Assembly: GCA_965656305.1 (NCBI GenBank)
Contig: CBFHKA010000041.1
Location: 41,340-105,339 of the forward strand
Length of the DNA: 64,000 nucleotides
From: Polaribacter sp.
GTDB taxonomy: Bacteria; Bacteroidota; Bacteroidia; Flavobacteriales; Flavobacteriaceae
Direction of reading: 5' to 3'
Below the pieces are notes generated by a model. It made no database searches. It was not told the origin of the DNA and worked only from the letters and a program-made list of their open reading frames with translations. Made by a program: the position numbers and the translations under genes. Positions 8,448 to 18,605 of the stretch are shown here, in pieces (the first letter of the stretch is position 1; every line of letters starts with the position of its first letter).

Positions 8448-9326
8448 TTAGTCTAAAAAACTCATTAATGATTGTTTACTAAAACTTCTAGAAACAGGAA
8501 TATCAAAAGAAATTATATTAGATTTTAATAAATAACCTCTTGCATTCCCACTTATATCTGAAATATACTTTGTGTTTATAATATAAGATTTATGACACCT
8601 TATAACTTTAGAATTGACTTCTAATTCGCTTTCTATTTTAGCTAACGTAACTCTTAAAATTTTTTCTTTTAAAATGTTGTTTTCACTTTTAATAAAAAAA
8701 CTTGCATAATTTCCTTGAGATGTAATGTATACTAAGTTTTCAATATTAAAGCTTAAACTTTCTTTTTTGTTATCAGAATAAATAATAGTTTTAGATTTTA
8801 AGTTTTTAGATTTTTCTAATAATTTTTTCTTTTTATGATTTCTAATTTCTTGTACTTTTTTTATTCTTTTTCTTCTTAAATTTCTTTCATTCAAATACAC
8901 TAAAAAAAATACAGGTATTGCTCCAACAAGAAAAGTGTAAAATAAAAAAAGGACTAAACTTATTTGTTTTAAACCTCTATTACTTTTGTAATTACTAGCA
9001 CAATACCATAATACAGAACCTAAAAAAAAAATACCAAAAAAAATCAGTAATATATTTTTACCTACAGTCCATTTATCTTCATTAAAAAAATCAGGAAAGA
9101 CCAATGGAGGTATGTATAGTATTAATAAAGTCCCAAAAAAGGTAAATACACCTATAGCAGAGGTGTATTCTAATAAATAACTACCTAAAGATATTAAAGA
9201 AAAAGGCTTAAAAATATACAAGAAAACAAAAACAAAAACAGCAAGTGTTAAACTTGTTTTAAATTTAAATTTGATTGATGGGTTAAAGTAATAAGGAGTA
9301 TTAAGCCAGGAGGTTATTCTTTTCAT
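8448..9326 (-). CDS. Membrane-anchored LytTR DNA-binding domain regulator
   Basis: Four hydrophobic N-terminal segments; LVYITSQGNYA, IRCHKSYIIN, IPVSRSF LytTR motifs. Confidence 0.92.
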   Translation of the reverse strand: MKRITSWLNTPYYFNPSIKFKFKTSLTLAVFVFVFLYIFKPFSLISLGSYLLEYTSAIGVFTFFGTLLILYIPPLVFPDFFNEDKWTVGKNILLIFFGIFFLGSVLWYCASNYKSNRGLKQISLVLFLFYTFLVGAIPVFFLVYLNERNLRRKRIKKVQEIRNHKKKKLLEKSKNLKSKTIIYSDNKKESLSFNIENLVYITSQGNYASFFIKSENNILKEKILRVTLAKIESELEVNSKVIRCHKSYIINTKYISDISGNARGYLLKSNIISFDIPVSRSFSKQSLMSFLD

Positions 9327-9347
9327 GTTATAAAAATAACAAAATTA

Positions 9348-10214
9348 TTACATTAAACTTTTTATATCTTCTTTTTTAAAGCTTCTAGAAACTGGAATTT
9401 GAATAGTAAGTATTTTTGATTCTAAATAATAACCTCTTGCATTACCAGAAACAGAATTCATAAACCTTGTATTTATTATAAATGATTTATGACAACGTTT
9501 AATAAAATCATAATCTGTAAGTTCTAAAGCAATTTTAGTTAATGTATTTCTGATGATTTTTTCTTTTATACCATTTTCAGTTTTAAAAAATAAACTTGCA
9601 TAATTGCCTTGAGATGTAATATATACCAAATTATCAATATTAAAAGTGATGAAATCTTTTTTATTATCACCAATGATTTTAATTTCTTTATTAAGTTTTA
9701 AAATATCAACAGAATCTTTAGATTCCATTATTTTTTTTGATGTATTTTCTCTATAAACTGTATATAGTCTTTCACTAATATAAGTAAAAAGTGTTATAGG
9801 CAAAATTGCAATAGTGAATGTGTAAAAAAAGAAGTCTTTTAATGATAATAAGCCTATTGTAGCTGTATTTTGAATAATGGTATTATAATACCAATTACTA
9901 AAAGTTATTGTAAGAGTTAATAAAAAAAGAAAAAGAATACTTTTACCAACAGTCCAATTATCATCATTAAAAAAAGACTTGAAAATATATGGGAAAAGAA
10001 TAAAAAATACTATTTGTACTATAAAAGTTACTAAACCAAAACCAGCAGTATATAAAAAAATATTGTTTTCTAAACTACCAATACCAAATGGTTGAAAAAG
10101 ATAAAGAAATGAGAAGATAAAAAAACCAATACCAAAACTTAATAAGAGGTTAAATTTTGGAGAATTTATAAAAAAATAAGGTTTTTGTACCCAGTTTATT
10201 ATAGTCTTAATCAT
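9348..10214 (-). CDS. Membrane-anchored LytTR DNA-binding domain regulator (paralog)
   Basis: Same architecture; LVYITSQGNYA, KRCHKSFIIN, IPVSRSF. Confidence 0.92.
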   Translation of the reverse strand: MIKTIINWVQKPYFFINSPKFNLLLSFGIGFFIFSFLYLFQPFGIGSLENNIFLYTAGFGLVTFIVQIVFFILFPYIFKSFFNDDNWTVGKSILFLFLLTLTITFSNWYYNTIIQNTATIGLLSLKDFFFYTFTIAILPITLFTYISERLYTVYRENTSKKIMESKDSVDILKLNKEIKIIGDNKKDFITFNIDNLVYITSQGNYASLFFKTENGIKEKIIRNTLTKIALELTDYDFIKRCHKSFIINTRFMNSVSGNARGYYLESKILTIQIPVSRSFKKEDIKSLM

Positions 10215-10231
10215 TTTTTATATGAAACGAT

Positions 10232-10257
10232 AAAACCCTAACAATTGTTAAGGTTTT
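10232..10257 (-). terminator. Probable terminator after the SPFH gene
   Basis: aaaaccctaacaattgttaaggtttt near-perfect inverted repeat. Confidence 0.6.
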
Positions 10258-10282
10258 AATAATTTAGCCTAAGATAATAAAA

Positions 10283-11206
10283 TTATTCTTTCTTTTTAGG
10301 TTTTGCATTTTTCATAGCTTCTCCTATTTGATTACTGGCTGTAAAACTTGCTACCATATCATTTAGCATTTGGCTTCCTGCTTGTGGTGAATTTGGTAAT
10401 AGAATTAAGTTACTATTGGTTTCTTGCCCTATAGATTGTAAAGTATCATAATGTTGCGTTACAACAATTAAAGCAGATGCTTCTTGGCTGTTTATGCCTA
10501 CCTTATTTAAAACCTCTACAGACTCCTCTAAACCACGTGCAATTTCACGTCTTTGGTCTGCAATACCTTGTCCTTGTAAACGTTTGCTTTCTGCTTCTGC
10601 TTTTGCTCGTTCTACAATTAATATTCGTTGTGCATCTCCTTCATACTGTGCAGCAACTTTTTCACGTTCAGAAGCATTAATTCTATTCATAGCTTCTTTT
10701 ACTTGTGCATCAGGATCAATATCTGTTACTAAGGTTTTTATAATATCATAACCATATGTCATCATTGCATCGTTTAATTCAGATTTTACAGCAATAGCAA
10801 TATCATCTTTTTTCACAAAAACATCATCTAATTTCATTTTTGGAACTTCTGCTCTTACCACATCAAACACATAAGAAGTTATTTGATCATGAGGATAATC
10901 TAACTTATAAAAAGCATCATAAACTTTGTCTCTAATTACTTTATATTGTACAGATACTTTTAGTTTTACAAATACATCATCTAATGTTTTAGTTTCAATA
11001 ATTACATCTAATTGTTGAATTTTTAAGCTTAATTTTCCAGCAACTCTATCTACCAAAGGAATTTTCATTTGAAGCCCAGAATGACGAATACTTTGGAATT
11101 TTCCAAAACGTTCAATAATAGCAGCTGTTTGTTGTTTTACCATAAAAAATGCAGCAAAAACAATAATTGCTCCAAGTACAATTATAATAGGAAAAAAAGG
11201 AATCAT
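10283..11206 (-). CDS. SPFH/band 7 domain membrane protein
   Basis: N-terminal TM, VKQQTAAIIERFGKF, TKTLDDVFV, VTDIDPD, EAEAES-like coiled coil. Confidence 0.93.
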   Translation of the reverse strand: MIPFFPIIIVLGAIIVFAAFFMVKQQTAAIIERFGKFQSIRHSGLQMKIPLVDRVAGKLSLKIQQLDVIIETKTLDDVFVKLKVSVQYKVIRDKVYDAFYKLDYPHDQITSYVFDVVRAEVPKMKLDDVFVKKDDIAIAVKSELNDAMMTYGYDIIKTLVTDIDPDAQVKEAMNRINASEREKVAAQYEGDAQRILIVERAKAEAESKRLQGQGIADQRREIARGLEESVEVLNKVGINSQEASALIVVTQHYDTLQSIGQETNSNLILLPNSPQAGSQMLNDMVASFTASNQIGEAMKNAKPKKKE

Positions 11207-11272
11207 AGTTATTTTTTTAAAAGTTAGTATTCGTATTTCTTGTAAAGATAAAGATTTTTAGTATTTGTTTAT

Positions 11273-11299
11273 AAGACGCTTTTATTTACAAATGTTACA
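11273..11299 (-). promoter_or_regulatory. Putative ECF-sigma promoter TGTAAC-N15-CGTCTT
   Basis: Minus strand tgtaac atttgtaaataaaag cgtctt upstream of the SPFH gene. Confidence 0.45.
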
Positions 11300-11320
11300 T
11301 TTTTTGAGTTTTAAACAATA

Positions 11321-11353
11321 AAAAACCCTAAACAATAAATCTTTAGGGTTTTT
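11321..11353 (-). terminator. Probable intrinsic terminator
   Basis: aaaaaccctaaa...tttagggttttt inverted repeat after the 177-aa gene. Confidence 0.7.
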
Positions 11354-11374
11354 ATCAATCTAATTTAAATTCGA

Positions 11375-11908
11375 TTATTCTGCTTCTTTTGGAAATACTT
11401 TACCATTTTTCCTATTAAATTTAATCCATTTCTTGTATTGTTTTTCAGATAAAATTTCTTTTAAAGATTTAGCTAGTTTTTTGTCTTCAACTTTCAAGGT
11501 TTCAGCTATAGGTTTTAAGTTTTCACTCATTTTTTTTTGAATAACAGGTTGATTTGAAAGATCACGAGTTTTTAAAGCCATTTTTTGAAAATTTTCTACC
11601 ATTTCTTTGGTACTTCTCAAAGTAAAACTATTAATTCTACGAATATCTTTTATCTCTTTGTTATAGAGATTTAAGGCTTCAGAAAATGCTTTTCCTTCTT
11701 TTGAATTTAATTTTACATTTGACTTTTTTGCAGCTTTTTTTATATCGTAAATAATAATTCCTAAATACTTATCTATTTTAAATTCAGGATCTGGAGCTTT
11801 TTCCTGCATTTGTGGCATCTGTCTTTGACGCTGATTTCTCATTCCACTATATTGACTGTGAGCTAAAAAGCTTGTTAAAACAAAAATTAAAAGGATATTT
11901 TTTTTCAT
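11375..11908 (-). CDS. Hypothetical secreted/periplasmic helical protein
   Basis: Signal peptide MKKNILLIFVLTSFLAHSQ, Q/R-rich linker, ILSEKQYKKW C-terminus. Confidence 0.75.
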   Translation of the reverse strand: MKKNILLIFVLTSFLAHSQYSGMRNQRQRQMPQMQEKAPDPEFKIDKYLGIIIYDIKKAAKKSNVKLNSKEGKAFSEALNLYNKEIKDIRRINSFTLRSTKEMVENFQKMALKTRDLSNQPVIQKKMSENLKPIAETLKVEDKKLAKSLKEILSEKQYKKWIKFNRKNGKVFPKEAE

Positions 11909-11963
11909 TATGATATTTTTATGGCTAATTTAATCTTAGAAAAACTTAACTAAATAATTTTAA

Positions 11964-13484
11964 TTACAAATTTTTAATAGCATTTTCTACTCTTTTGATA
12001 GTTTCTTCTTTACCAATTAAATAAATAATATCAAATAAATGAGGTCCTGCTAGCATACCAACTAAGCATAAACGTAAAGGTTGCATTATTTTACCATAAC
12101 TAACTCCTTTTTTGGTTGCCCATTCTTTGATTTCTTTTTCGTTATTGGCTGATGAAAAATCTTCAATCTTTTTTATTGCATCCAATAACTCTGCCATTAA
12201 TTCTTTAGTACCTTCTTTCCAAGCTCTTTTAACTGATTTTTCACTATAAGATGTAGGTGTTTCAAAGAAAAAAGTAGCCAAAGGCCATAAATCTTTTACA
12301 AAAACAGCTCTTTCTTTTACGGAAGAAACTATTTTTTTAACATCTTCTTTTTCTTTTGTAATGCCTTTGCTTGCAAGAATAGGCATAAATAAATCTGTTA
12401 ACTCATCATCATCTTTGGTTTGCATATATTGTTGCTGAAACCATTTTGTTTTATCCAAATCAAATTTTGCACCAGCTTTATTCACGCGTTCAAAATCAAA
12501 TTTTTGAGTTAATTCTTCTAAAGAGAAAATTTCTTGAGTTGTACCAGGATTCCAACCTAAAAAGGCTAACATATTTATAAATGCATCTGCAAAATAGCCA
12601 TCTTCTTTATAACCTCTAGAAATTTCACCTGTTTCTTCATTTTCATAAGCTAATGGGAATACAGGAAAACCTAATTTATCTCCATCTCTTTTACTTAATT
12701 TTCCTTTTCCAACAGGTTTTAAAATTAATGGTAAATGCGCAAATTTTGGAACATCCCAATCAAATGCTTTGTACAATAAAGTATGCAAAGGCATAGAAGG
12801 CAACCACTCTTCACCACGAATTACGTGTGTAATTTCCATTAAATGGTCATCAACAATATTTGCCAAATGATAAGTTGGCATTCCATCAGATTTAAACAAA
12901 ACTTTGTCATCTAATGTATTTGTTTTCACAGTAATTCTTCCGCGAATTTCGTCTTCCATAAACAAAATTTCACTATTTGGAATTTTAAAACGAATTACAT
13001 ATTTATCACCAGCATCAATTCTTTTTTGTACTTCTTCTTCAGATAAAACTAAGGAATTTACTAATTTTCCTTCTTCTCTATTTTGCCAATTATAAACAAA
13101 CATTTTTCCTTTAGAGGCATTATAATCTCTTTGTGCAGTTAACTCTTCTGGAGTATCAAAAGCATAATAAGCCCAACCTTTTTCTAATAAAATATCAGCA
13201 TATTTTTTGTAAAGTTCTTTTCGTTCAGATTGTCTATAAGGTCCAAATTTTTCATTTTTTCCAGGTCCTTCATCATAAGGAATATTACACCAATTTAAAG
13301 CATCAATTATATATTTTTCTGCATTGGCTACATAACGAGTTTGGTCTGTATCTTCTATTCTTAAAATAAAAGTACCATTATGTTTTTTAGCAAATAAGTA
13401 ATTATATAAAGCTGTTCTTACACCTCCAATATGTAAAGGTCCTGTTGGACTTGGTGCAAAACGTACACGAACATTAGATTCCAT
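11964..13484 (-). CDS. gltX: Glutamate--tRNA ligase
   Basis: RFAPSPTGPLHIGG (HIGH) and KLSKR (KMSKS) motifs. Confidence 0.98.
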   Translation of the reverse strand: MESNVRVRFAPSPTGPLHIGGVRTALYNYLFAKKHNGTFILRIEDTDQTRYVANAEKYIIDALNWCNIPYDEGPGKNEKFGPYRQSERKELYKKYADILLEKGWAYYAFDTPEELTAQRDYNASKGKMFVYNWQNREEGKLVNSLVLSEEEVQKRIDAGDKYVIRFKIPNSEILFMEDEIRGRITVKTNTLDDKVLFKSDGMPTYHLANIVDDHLMEITHVIRGEEWLPSMPLHTLLYKAFDWDVPKFAHLPLILKPVGKGKLSKRDGDKLGFPVFPLAYENEETGEISRGYKEDGYFADAFINMLAFLGWNPGTTQEIFSLEELTQKFDFERVNKAGAKFDLDKTKWFQQQYMQTKDDDELTDLFMPILASKGITKEKEDVKKIVSSVKERAVFVKDLWPLATFFFETPTSYSEKSVKRAWKEGTKELMAELLDAIKKIEDFSSANNEKEIKEWATKKGVSYGKIMQPLRLCLVGMLAGPHLFDIIYLIGKEETIKRVENAIKNL

Positions 13485-13529
13485 CTTTTCTTCTGATTTT
13501 TAGAGCTGCAAAGATAGTTTTTCTATAAG

Positions 13530-13810
13530 AGAATAGAAATTAGAGGAAAGAAAAAAGAAGAACTAGCTTATGAAATTATTAGAATAGTTATGAAGTCATA
13601 ATTTATGATTTACAATTTACATCAAATTTATCATTCTGCAAGAATCTAAAAGTGTGTATTTTGAGTTCTTTTCAGGAACGCAAATTATATGGATAATCTA
13701 TATATAAATTTGGCACAAATTCACGAATTAATTTGTGAAACCCTTGAAATTCTTGTCTTTTTTCTTTGTGATACTCTGCGAAAATTCTATGTGAATCTGA
13801 GTGTAACAAT
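13530..13810. repeat. Cluster of degenerate short intergenic repeats
   Basis: agagaatagaaattagag, ggcacaaattcacgaattaatttgtgaa, ctctgcgaaaattctatgtgaatctgagtgtaac; no ORF. Confidence 0.35.
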
Positions 13811-13812
13811 AT

Positions 13813-14655
13813 TTAAAACTTACGATAAATTCCAAAAGTTATAGCTGCTTGTTTAGCCACATTATTCCCAAAGAAAGCACCTCCAAAACCAGCAGTTAAT
13901 CCAAAATTATCAGAAATTTCTCCTATACCTTTAAAACCAAAAGAACCATATTCTTGATTATTAACATATAAACCAGAAAACTTATTAAGTATAGGGAAAT
14001 TTATATCTCCATTTTCTAACGATTTTGAAATATCTAAAAACCCAATCAACCATATTCTTTTTCCTATTTTTCTTCCTATTTCTCCACCAATTTTAAAATT
14101 AGAACTATAATAATTAGTTCTTATATCTGCTCCAATAAAAGCTTGTAAGTATGTTTTGCCAAATCCTCTTCCTGCTAAAAAAAGTGGTGTAAAAGACCAG
14201 GCATCATAACCTGTTCTTATCCCAGATCTAGTATCATAAGAACCTGTATTTCCTTCTATTGAGATTTGTCCAGAAAGTACCCAATCTTTTTTATAAAAAT
14301 TATGTTTTAAACCTATAGAAATATTACCCAAAGCTGTTTTTTCATAATCTCTACTACAATCTCCTATACAATCAATTCTTGGGTCTTGAAAACCATCAAC
14401 AGTAATTATTTTTAAAGGTAGGTTTACTACTAAACTGGTTTTGTTTGACAAACCATATTCTCCAAAAAATTGTACAGTATTATCAGAATATTTTCCAAAA
14501 AGACTTTGATCTGGGTCTCCAAATAGAGTATTATAATTTGGGATAGTTGTATAAGAAAGTTGTGTATAGAATTTTCCTTTTTCTTGCGTCCAAGGACTTT
14601 GAGAAAAAGCTGAAATTGTTATTAATAAAAACAGAAGTTTGGTAAAATTTTTCAT
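13813..14655 (-). CDS. Hypothetical outer-membrane beta-barrel protein
   Basis: Signal peptide, alternating amphipathic strands, C-terminal aromatic TFGIYRKF. Confidence 0.75.
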   Translation of the reverse strand: MKNFTKLLFLLITISAFSQSPWTQEKGKFYTQLSYTTIPNYNTLFGDPDQSLFGKYSDNTVQFFGEYGLSNKTSLVVNLPLKIITVDGFQDPRIDCIGDCSRDYEKTALGNISIGLKHNFYKKDWVLSGQISIEGNTGSYDTRSGIRTGYDAWSFTPLFLAGRGFGKTYLQAFIGADIRTNYYSSNFKIGGEIGRKIGKRIWLIGFLDISKSLENGDINFPILNKFSGLYVNNQEYGSFGFKGIGEISDNFGLTAGFGGAFFGNNVAKQAAITFGIYRKF

Positions 14656-14678
14656 TTTTTTGTTATTTATAAAACCTT

Positions 14679-14705
14679 AGTAGTGCTAAATCTATAATAC
14701 TTACA
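14679..14705 (-). promoter_or_regulatory. Putative ECF-sigma promoter TGTAAG-N16-CTACT
   Basis: Minus strand tgtaag tattatagatttagca ctact, 23 nt before the ATG. Confidence 0.35.
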
Positions 14706-14768
14706 AAATCGTTTTAACAATTATTTTGTTGCCAGTACTTACAAATACTGTATTTTTATTTGTTGATT

Positions 14769-17700
14769 ATGAGCGAATTTAAAAACATACAACATAAATT
14801 ACATCAATTTACACGTAAATATTATACCAATGAATTGATAAAGGGAACAATTTTGTTTTTTTCTCTAGGTTTTTTGTATTTGTTTTTTACGTTGTTTTTA
14901 GAATATTTTTTATGGTTAAAACCTACAGCCAGAACTGTATTGTTTTGGATATTTATAGCTGTTGAGTTTTTTTTATTAGTGAAGTTTATATGCATTCCAA
15001 TTTTTAAATTGATAGGTTTTAGAAAAGGAATTTCTTTAGAAGAATCTTCAAAAATTATTGGCGCTCATTTTCCAGAGGTAAAAGACAAGTTGTTGAATGT
15101 TTTACAACTCAAAGAAACAGAAAATCAATCTGATTTAATTTTAGCAAGTATCAATCAAAAATCTGCAGAATTACAACCCATTCCATTTGTAAAAGCAATC
15201 GATTTTAAGGAGAATAAAAAATATCTAAAATATGCGATTATTCCTATTTTAATTTATGTAATTAGTTTATTTACAGTTAGTAATGGTTCTTTAGGTGAAA
15301 GCTTAGAGCGTGTTGTAAATCACAGAACAGCATATAATCCTCCTGCTCCTTTTTCTTTTTCTATAGAAAATAAAAGCCTAAAAGTTATACAAGGAAAACC
15401 AATTACAATTGATGTAAAAACCATAGGAAATGTAATTCCTAATGAAGCCAAAATCATCTTTAGCAATCAACAATATTACCTACAAAATAATGGAAATACC
15501 TCTTTTTCCTATACGTTTTCTGATGTGCAAAATCCTATCAATTTTTATATAGAAGCAAATGGAGTGCAATCTCAAAATTATCAAATTGATGTGATTGGCA
15601 CACCAACTATTAATAATATTTCTTTGGTTTTAAAATACCCACGATATTTAAAAAGGAAAAATGAATCTATCCAAAATTCAGGAAGTTTAACTGTTCCAGA
15701 AGGCACAAATATTACTTGGAATGCTACTACAAGCCAGACAGATTCTTTGGCTTTTATCACCAATAAAAAAAGAATATTTTTCGATAATTTATCAGCTGGA
15801 AAATTCGAATATTCAAAACGAATTAATAGCGCTTTTAATTATCAAATATCATCATCTAATCAAAATTTACAAGATTATGAAAATTTACAATTTTCTGTTG
15901 CTATTGTAAAAGATGAATTTCCATTGATTTCTGTTACTTCAAATATTGATAGTATTTCACGTGGAACATCGCAATTTGCAGGTCAAATTTCTGATGATTA
16001 TGGTTTGCGAAAATTACAAATTGTTTATTATGATGAAGATAAACCAGATCAAAAACAATATTTTGACCTTCATATAAATAAAAATACTATTCAAACTTTT
16101 TTTTATCAATTTCCTGATGGATTAAACTTGCAAAAAGGAACAAATTATGAACTCTTTTTTCAAGTATTTGATAATGATGGCGTAAACGGAAGTAAGAAAG
16201 CTAAAAGTAAAGTTTTTAATTATCGCCAAAAAACAGAAGAAGAAGTAGAGGAGGAGTTGTTGCAAGAGCAGCGTAATACTATTAACGATTTAGAAAACTC
16301 TTTACAGAAACAAAAAAAGCAACAAGAACAGTTAGAAAATATTCAGCAAGATTTACAGAATAAGAAGAGTATCAATTGGAATGATAAAAAGAAAGTTGAA
16401 AGTTTTATCAAACGTCAAGAGCAGTATAAAAAAATGATGCAAAGACAAACTGATAAACTAGAGGAAAACCTAGATGAAAAAAAGGAACAAGATGAATTTC
16501 TCCAAGAAAAAAAAGAAGATTTAAAAGAACGCATTAAAGAGTTAAAAAAACTTGATAAACAACAAAAGCTTTTGGATGAAATCCAAAAAATGGCTGAGAA
16601 ATTAAATAAAGAAGATCTTGTAAAAAAGGCAAAGAAATTAGCGCAACAAAACAAGCAACAACAACGTAGTTTAGAAAAAACATTGGAAATGGTAAAACGT
16701 TTTTATGTTGAGCAAAAGACGATGCAAATTGCTAATAAAATTGAAGAATTATCAAAAAAACAAGCAGATATAGAAAAGACTGAAGAAAATAATTTGGAAG
16801 CTCAAAAAGAAATTAAAAAAGAGTTTGATGAAATCAAAAACGAACTTGAAGAATTAGATAAAGATAATGAGAAATTAAAAGATCCAATGGAATTGCCAGA
16901 TGTTGACCAAGAAAAGGAAGATATTGATGAAGAGTTGAAAAAATCTGAAGAGAGTTTAGAAAAACAAAATTCCAAAGAAGCAAAAACCAGTCAAAAGAAA
17001 TCATCAAAAAAGATGAAAGAAATGAGTGCAAAAATGCAACAAGTTATGATGGATATGCAAGGAGAATCTATGGAAGAAAACATGGATGATTTACGTAAAA
17101 TTCTGGAAAACTTGGTGATTTTTTCTTTTCAACAAGAACAGTTGATGGATAAATTTAGTGAAACATCAACATCACATCCAGATTTTGGTAAAGATTTAAA
17201 AAAGCAAAATCAGCTTAAAACCTATTTTGAACATATAGATGATAGCTTATATGTTTTAGCAATGAGAGTTCCTAAAATTTCAACAAAAATTCAAGATGAC
17301 CTTTCATCTGCGCATTATAATTTAGAGCAATCTTTAGAAAACTTTTCTGAAAATAGATTTAATAACGGAGTTTCTAATCAACGTTATGTAATGACTGCTA
17401 CCAATAGTTTAGCCGATTATTTGAGTAATATTTTAAATAGTATGCAAAATAGTATGGCTATAGGTAAAGGGAAAAAGGGAAAAAGTCAAGGTTTTAGTTT
17501 GCCAGATTTGATTAAAAAGCAAGAAGGTTTATCCAAAAAAATGAAAGATGGAATGCAGAAAGGAGAAAAAAAAGGACAAGGTAAACAAGGAAATAAACCA
17601 GATTCAGAAGGTAAACCTGGAGAAAAAGGAGAAAAAGGAAAAAGTGGAAAAGGAGGGAAATCTGGAGAAAATGGAAAGAAGAATGGAGATGGAGAAGGAG

Positions 17701-18143
17701 ATTCTAATGATGATTTAGATGGTGAATTGTATGAAATTTTTAAACAACAATCTCAATTAAGGCAAGAATTACAAAACGCAATTAAAGAAAGTGAAAATGG
17801 TAAACCTGGAGGAAATGGAAATGCTAAGAAAGCTTTAAAAACAATGGAAGAACTAGAGAATGAAATTCTTGAAAAAGGATTTAATGCTGGAACTCTACAA
17901 AAAATGCAAAATTTAAATTATGAATTATTAAAACTTGAAAAGGCGGCTTTAGAGCAAGGAAAAGATAAGAAGCGTAAATCAACCTCAAATCAAAAAGAAA
18001 ATCAAAGAAACAAGGTTAAAACCATTCAATTTAAAAAGCAGTTCTACAATCAAATAGAGATATTAAACAGACAATCCTTACCTTTGCAGCAAAATTATAA
18101 AAAGAAGGTCAGAGCTTATTTTTCTGATGTAAAGAAAAATTAA
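14769..18143 (+). CDS. Large DUF4175-like membrane-anchored coiled-coil protein
   Basis: Three N-terminal TM segments, beta-rich middle, long Q/E/K coiled coil, G/K-rich linker, LPLQQNYKKKVRAYF C-terminus. Confidence 0.8.
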   Translation: MSEFKNIQHKLHQFTRKYYTNELIKGTILFFSLGFLYLFFTLFLEYFLWLKPTARTVLFWIFIAVEFFLLVKFICIPIFKLIGFRKGISLEESSKIIGAHFPEVKDKLLNVLQLKETENQSDLILASINQKSAELQPIPFVKAIDFKENKKYLKYAIIPILIYVISLFTVSNGSLGESLERVVNHRTAYNPPAPFSFSIENKSLKVIQGKPITIDVKTIGNVIPNEAKIIFSNQQYYLQNNGNTSFSYTFSDVQNPINFYIEANGVQSQNYQIDVIGTPTINNISLVLKYPRYLKRKNESIQNSGSLTVPEGTNITWNATTSQTDSLAFITNKKRIFFDNLSAGKFEYSKRINSAFNYQISSSNQNLQDYENLQFSVAIVKDEFPLISVTSNIDSISRGTSQFAGQISDDYGLRKLQIVYYDEDKPDQKQYFDLHINKNTIQTFFYQFPDGLNLQKGTNYELFFQVFDNDGVNGSKKAKSKVFNYRQKTEEEVEEELLQEQRNTINDLENSLQKQKKQQEQLENIQQDLQNKKSINWNDKKKVESFIKRQEQYKKMMQRQTDKLEENLDEKKEQDEFLQEKKEDLKERIKELKKLDKQQKLLDEIQKMAEKLNKEDLVKKAKKLAQQNKQQQRSLEKTLEMVKRFYVEQKTMQIANKIEELSKKQADIEKTEENNLEAQKEIKKEFDEIKNELEELDKDNEKLKDPMELPDVDQEKEDIDEELKKSEESLEKQNSKEAKTSQKKSSKKMKEMSAKMQQVMMDMQGESMEENMDDLRKILENLVIFSFQQEQLMDKFSETSTSHPDFGKDLKKQNQLKTYFEHIDDSLYVLAMRVPKISTKIQDDLSSAHYNLEQSLENFSENRFNNGVSNQRYVMTATNSLADYLSNILNSMQNSMAIGKGKKGKSQGFSLPDLIKKQEGLSKKMKDGMQKGEKKGQGKQGNKPDSEGKPGEKGEKGKSGKGGKSGENGKKNGDGEGDSNDDLDGELYEIFKQQSQLRQELQNAIKESENGKPGGNGNAKKALKTMEELENEILEKGFNAGTLQKMQNLNYELLKLEKAALEQGKDKKRKSTSNQKENQRNKVKTIQFKKQFYNQIEILNRQSLPLQQNYKKKVRAYFSDVKKN
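15953..15968. other. parS-like centromere site (intragenic)
   Basis: TATTTCACGTGGAACA, one mismatch to TGTTYCACGTGRAACA. Confidence 0.6.
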
Positions 18144-18146
18144 TTT

Positions 18147-18560
18147 ATGATTGCGTTTAATTACGAAAAGACATTTCAATTAAAGGATGAAAACCGTTTA
18201 GAAAAATGGATTCAAAATGTGGTTTCAAGTAATGGTTTTGAAGTTGGAGAAATCAATTATATTTTTTGTGATGATGCATATCTTCACAAACTAAATGTTG
18301 AGTTTTTGCAACATGATACATTAACGGATATCATTAGTTTTGACAATTCTTTAGGGAAATTAATTAATGGAGATATTTTTATTTCTGTTGAAAGAGTAGA
18401 GGATAATGCGAACGATTTTGAAGTTTCTTTTGACGATGAATTACACAGAGTAATGATTCATGGAGTTTTACATTATATGGGTTTTAAAGATAAATCCGAT
18501 GATGAAAAACTAGAGATGAGAAATCAAGAAAACCAAGCGTTATTGGTTTTAAATAACTGA
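18147..18560 (+). CDS. ybeY: rRNA maturation endoribonuclease YbeY
   Basis: TDIISF, GDIFIS, HGVLHYMGFKD (H3xH5xH) motif. Confidence 0.96.
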   Translation: MIAFNYEKTFQLKDENRLEKWIQNVVSSNGFEVGEINYIFCDDAYLHKLNVEFLQHDTLTDIISFDNSLGKLINGDIFISVERVEDNANDFEVSFDDELHRVMIHGVLHYMGFKDKSDDEKLEMRNQENQALLVLNN

Positions 18561-18581
18561 TGTTCAATAAATTAAAATAAA

Positions 18582-18597
18582 AGTTTCACGTGGAACT
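18582..18597. other. parS-like centromere site between ybeY and mnmG
   Basis: AGTTTCACGTGGAACT; central 14 bp match the parS consensus. Confidence 0.75.
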
Positions 18598-18605
18598 ATA
18601 AGATA

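Noticed and set aside
9022-9043. A10 and A8 tracts in the first LytTR gene as phase-variation sites
   Set aside because: Gene is in frame and such tracts are expected from Phe/Leu codons in AT-rich DNA
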